This document shows positions 60,079 through 64,000 of a stretch of 64,000 bases of DNA, piece after piece (position 1 is the first letter of the stretch; each line of letters begins with the position of its first letter). The translations under genes and the position numbers were made by a program. Below the pieces are notes generated by a model. It did no database searches and was not told where the DNA came from. It saw only the letters and a list, made by a program, of their open reading frames with translations. The stretch comes from an uncultured Pelagibacteraceae bacterium. GTDB lineage: Bacteria; Pseudomonadota; Alphaproteobacteria; Pelagibacterales; Pelagibacteraceae. The stretch spans positions 1,040 through 65,039 of the forward strand of contig CACHAX010000002.1 in NCBI GenBank assembly GCA_902577875.1. Reading direction: 5' to 3'.

Positions 60079-60867
60079 ATGTCTGACAATATCTTACAGG
60101 TAAATAATCTTACAAAATTATTCGGAGGACTAGCAGCAGTATCAAATTGCTCATTAAATATTAGATCGGGTTCAATAACTGGAATAATTGGCCCAAACGG
60201 TTCAGGGAAAACAACACTATTTAATTTAATAGCTGGAAATTTAAAATCTAATGATGGAGAGGTAATATTTAATGATGAAAATATTACTGATGTACCATCA
60301 CATGAGTTGTTTGGCAGAGGATTATTAAGAACCTTTCAGATTGCTCATGAATTTTCAAACTTAACAGTTTTAGAAAACTTAATGATGGTGCCATCAAATC
60401 AAAGCGGAGAAAATTTATTAAATGCACTTATTAAACCAGGACTAGTTAAAAAAGAGGAAAAAGTTATTAGAGAAAAAGCCTATGAAGTTGTAGATTTTCT
60501 TAATTTAAAACATTTAGCAAATGAAAGGGCAGGAAATCTTTCAGGAGGTCAAAAAAAATTATTAGAATTAGGAAGAACTATGATGGTTGATGCAAAATTG
60601 GTTTTACTTGATGAAGTTGGAGCGGGAGTTAATCGAACACTTTTAAAAGATCTAGGAACTGCAATATTAAAATTGAATAAAGAAAAAAATTACACTTTTT
60701 GTATGATAGAACATGATATGGATTTTATAAGCAGAATGTGTGATCCAGTGATAGTAATGGCAGATGGTTCAGTTTTATTTGAAGGGACACCTGATGAAGT
60801 GAAAAAAAACGAAAAAGTAATTGAGAGCTATCTTGGAAAGTCAAACTTAACAAAAAAAGAAAATTAA
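60079..60867 (+). CDS. ABC ATP-binding protein (LivG-like), second cluster
   Basis: FGGLAAV, GPNGSGKTT, LSGGQ, EHDM. Confidence 0.94.
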   Translation: MSDNILQVNNLTKLFGGLAAVSNCSLNIRSGSITGIIGPNGSGKTTLFNLIAGNLKSNDGEVIFNDENITDVPSHELFGRGLLRTFQIAHEFSNLTVLENLMMVPSNQSGENLLNALIKPGLVKKEEKVIREKAYEVVDFLNLKHLANERAGNLSGGQKKLLELGRTMMVDAKLVLLDEVGAGVNRTLLKDLGTAILKLNKEKNYTFCMIEHDMDFISRMCDPVIVMADGSVLFEGTPDEVKKNEKVIESYLGKSNLTKKEN

Positions 60868-61574
60868 TGGCATACTTTGAAGGAGCAAAAATGACTGCAG
60901 GTTATGGGGAGGGCCCTGATATTATTAGCTCATGTTCCATAACTGCCAATAGGGGAGAGATAGTTGCCATTTTAGGTCCCAATGGTGCTGGCAAATCAAC
61001 AGCCATGAAAGCGATGCTCGGATTACTAAAATTAAAATCAGGCTCTGTAATTTTGAACGGTGAAGATATTTCAAAAATTAATCCTCAAGATCGAGTAAAA
61101 AAGGGTATTTCATTTGTTCCACAAACAAGAAATGTATTTGCTGAGTTGACTGTAAGAGAAAATTTAGAGATTGGTGGCTTTTTGACGGAAGGGAGTTTAG
61201 AAAATAAAATTGAGGGTATTTATAGTTTATTTCCAATCTTGAGTGAAAAAAAATCCCAAGTCGTTGGACAATTATCTGGTGGACAACGTCAGCAAGTCGC
61301 GCTTGGAAGAGCTTTGATGAGTGATCCATCAGTTCTCATGTTAGATGAGCCCACAGCTGGAGTTTCTCCAATTGTAATGGATGAATTATTTGAACATATA
61401 ATAAAAGTTAAAAAAACAAATGTTGCCGTTATTATGGTTGAGCAAAACGCAAAGCAAGCATTAAGTATTTCAGATCGAGGCTATGTATTGGTGACAGGCC
61501 AAAATAAATTCGAGGGATCCGGTAATGATTTACTTGAGGATCCCGAGGTTCGTAGATCATTTTTGGGAGCATAA
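60867..61574 (+). CDS. ABC ATP-binding protein (LivF-like), second cluster
   Basis: GPNGAGKST, LSGGQRQ, VEQN. Confidence 0.94.
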   Translation: MAYFEGAKMTAGYGEGPDIISSCSITANRGEIVAILGPNGAGKSTAMKAMLGLLKLKSGSVILNGEDISKINPQDRVKKGISFVPQTRNVFAELTVRENLEIGGFLTEGSLENKIEGIYSLFPILSEKKSQVVGQLSGGQRQQVALGRALMSDPSVLMLDEPTAGVSPIVMDELFEHIIKVKKTNVAVIMVEQNAKQALSISDRGYVLVTGQNKFEGSGNDLLEDPEVRRSFLGA

Positions 61575-62584
61575 TGGATTTCTTAAATGCAATAATTGTA
61601 CTTTTTAATTTCACAGTAATACCAGCATTAGCTTATGGTTCACAATTAGCTTTAGGTGCTATTTTTGTTACTTTAATTTATGCAGTCTTAAGATTTGCTA
61701 ATTTTGCAACTGGAGACATGATGTCTTTTGGAACAATGTTTGCAGTTATTCTAACATATTATTTTCAGTCCTTAGGTTTTGGATTGGGTGTTCTACCAAC
61801 AGCACTTTTAACAATACCTTTCGCTATCCTAATGATGATTTTATATATGTTAATCATAGACAAATTTGTTTTCAGTTATTACAGGGTAAAAAAAAGTCCT
61901 CCAGTTCAGTTTGCAATGGTTAGTGTAGGGGTAATGTTTGTCACTCAAGCCTTAATTAGAATAATCATTGGACCATCTGATAGAAGATTTTTAGATGGTG
62001 AAAAATTTATAATTAAAGCAACAGAATTTAAAGAAATGACTGGTCTTGCAGAAGGTATAACTTTAAAATCAACACAAGCAATAACAATAATCGTAACCTT
62101 AATTGTTGTTTCAATAATGTTTTGGTTTTTAAATAGAACTAAAACTGGAACAAGTATGAGAGCTTATTCAGACAATGAAGATTTAGCATTATTGTCTGGT
62201 ATAGATCCTAAGAGAGTTGTTTTGATAACATGGGTCATCGCAGGAATTTTGGCTACTATTGGTGGAGTATTATATGGTTTAGATAAAAGTTATAGACCTT
62301 TTGTTTATTTTAATAATATGCTTCCAATATTTGCTGCAGCAATTGTTGGAGGAATCGGAAATCCATATGGGGCATTTTTTGGAGGTTATGTAATTGCATT
62401 TGCTGAAATTTTACTTACATACTCTTATAAAAAATTTGTTGCATATTTGTTACCTTCAAGCTTGGAACCAAACTCTCTTATGCAACTTCTTTCTACAGAC
62501 TATAAATTTGTAGTATCATTTTCAATATTGGTAATTGTTTTATTAATAAGACCGTCTGGTATTTTTAAAGGGAAAACTATATGA
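61574..62584 (+). CDS. Liv-type ABC permease (LivH-like), second cluster
   Basis: FANFA.G, G.SMRA.SDN, GGIGNPYG. Confidence 0.92.
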   Translation: MDFLNAIIVLFNFTVIPALAYGSQLALGAIFVTLIYAVLRFANFATGDMMSFGTMFAVILTYYFQSLGFGLGVLPTALLTIPFAILMMILYMLIIDKFVFSYYRVKKSPPVQFAMVSVGVMFVTQALIRIIIGPSDRRFLDGEKFIIKATEFKEMTGLAEGITLKSTQAITIIVTLIVVSIMFWFLNRTKTGTSMRAYSDNEDLALLSGIDPKRVVLITWVIAGILATIGGVLYGLDKSYRPFVYFNNMLPIFAAAIVGGIGNPYGAFFGGYVIAFAEILLTYSYKKFVAYLLPSSLEPNSLMQLLSTDYKFVVSFSILVIVLLIRPSGIFKGKTI

Positions 62585-63951
62585 GAAATTATGAAAACGT
62601 AATTTATGCATATATAATAATGTTATTATTAATCATTTGTGTTGGTCTCTTCCAATCTTGGTCAATTGCCCTTACAATTTTAAATTATTGTTTGATCTCA
62701 GCAGTAATGACAATAGGAGCAAATATTCAGTGGGGATACGCTGGTTTAATTAACTTTGGTATAATGGGTTATACCGCCTTAGGTGGTTTAGCGGTCGTAC
62801 TTGTCTCCGTCGATCCTGTTAAAAAAGCATGGCAGGTTGGTGGATTAAATATTTTAGGTAGTATTTGGATAATTGTAGCAATTGTATTTATAACGAGATT
62901 TATTTTAAAAAGGTTTGAGAAATCATTAATAAGAAATTATTCTATAGCTTTTCTAATCATAGCAGGAGTTATTTTAATTAGAGTTACTGCAACACCAGGA
63001 ATAGAGGCTATAGAGTCTGTAGATCCCGCTGTGTCAGGATTTTTGGGAGGAATGGGTTTGCCTGTGTTAATGTCATGGATTATAGGAGCTTTTCTTGCGG
63101 GTGCACTTGCGTTTATTGTTGGAAAAATTGCTTTAGGATTAAGAGCGGACTATCTTGCTATTGCAACACTTCTTATTGCAGAGATAATTGTATCAATTAT
63201 TAAACATGAAGAATGGTTGGCTAGAGGTGTAAAAAATGTTATCGGTCTAAAAAGACCAGCTCCATACGAAGTTGAATTACAAAAAACTCAATGGTTCAGG
63301 GATTTTATTGAAAAAATCTACTCAAATAAACTAGAGTTAATAAATACTATTGCTCAGAAAAAAATTATTCTAAATCAACTAATTATTGATGCATCATCAA
63401 TTTTTGTAAAACTATGTTTCACTAGTTTGTTTTTATCTGTAGTTATTATCTTACTAATTGTTACTCAAAAAGCCTTATATTCTCCATGGGGGAGAAAAAT
63501 GAGAGCTATTAGAGATAACGAAGAGGCAGCAAGCGCAATGGGAAAGAATATAGTTAAAGAGCACTTATTTATATTTATCTTAGGTTCAGCAATAGTAGGT
63601 TTGGCAGGTGCAATGATGGTCACAAATGATGGTCTTTTTACTCCAGGAAGCTACAGACCAATGCGTTATACTTTTGTAATATGGGTAATGGTTATTGTTG
63701 GTGGAACAGGTAATAATTTTGGCGCTATTCTTGGTGGATTTGTCGTCTGGTTTTTGTGGGTGGAAGCAGCACCAATATCTTTATTTTTAATAGATTTGTT
63801 TACCGCTCATCTTCCAGAGACTAACATGATAAGATCACATCTAGTTGAAAGTGCTCCATATTTTAGATTTTTATTAATAGGAATAGGATTACTTTTGATC
63901 ATGAGATATAGGCCTCAAGGAATAATACCAGAAAAAATAATCAAACAATAA
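62581..63951 (+). CDS. Liv-type ABC permease (LivM-like), second cluster
   Basis: QWGYAGLINFG, LRADYLAIATL, SPWGR.MRAIRDNE, RPQG. Confidence 0.92.
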   Translation: MRNYENVIYAYIIMLLLIICVGLFQSWSIALTILNYCLISAVMTIGANIQWGYAGLINFGIMGYTALGGLAVVLVSVDPVKKAWQVGGLNILGSIWIIVAIVFITRFILKRFEKSLIRNYSIAFLIIAGVILIRVTATPGIEAIESVDPAVSGFLGGMGLPVLMSWIIGAFLAGALAFIVGKIALGLRADYLAIATLLIAEIIVSIIKHEEWLARGVKNVIGLKRPAPYEVELQKTQWFRDFIEKIYSNKLELINTIAQKKIILNQLIIDASSIFVKLCFTSLFLSVVIILLIVTQKALYSPWGRKMRAIRDNEEAASAMGKNIVKEHLFIFILGSAIVGLAGAMMVTNDGLFTPGSYRPMRYTFVIWVMVIVGGTGNNFGAILGGFVVWFLWVEAAPISLFLIDLFTAHLPETNMIRSHLVESAPYFRFLLIGIGLLLIMRYRPQGIIPEKIIKQ

Positions 63952-63952
63952 A

Positions 63953-64000
63953 ATGTATTATATTCTTCTAGGTATAGTAATAGGATTAATTTTTTATTTA
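63953..64000 (+). CDS. Start of a membrane-anchored protein (partial, runs off the window)
   Basis: ATG just after the previous stop; MYYILLGIVIGLIFYL open to the window end. Confidence 0.45.
   Translation, partial: MYYILLGIVIGLIFYL

Overview
Very AT-rich, densely packed (streamlined) alphaproteobacterial DNA; gene content and order point to SAR11/Pelagibacterales (inference). 1-11.8 kb is housekeeping: degP end, miaA, ilvIHC, leuA, mreBCD-mrdA-rodA. 11.8-43.2 kb is a complete type IVa pilus locus: pilD, fimT-pilVWX-pilY1, pilT, a fused pilM-pilN, pilOPQBC, pilA, pilE, plus MoxR-DUF58-transglutaminase genes and an autotransporter-like protein. Interleaved with it is a full Rsb/SpoIIA-type partner-switching circuit with no sigma factor in the window: one GAF-PP2C phosphatase, two tandem ammonium-transporter(Amt)-HAMP-like-PP2C fusions, an RsbW-like kinase and an RsbV-like STAS protein. 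An unannotated 3' relic of a third Amt-PP2C-type phosphatase follows the second fusion. This candidate ammonium/amine-sensing switch tied to pilus genes is the most interesting system here. 43.3-64 kb holds amino-acid/2-oxoacid metabolism, redox genes, a LysE gene with a switch-like 5' leader, and two Liv-type ABC clusters. No rRNA, tRNA, CRISPR or mobile element was recognised.
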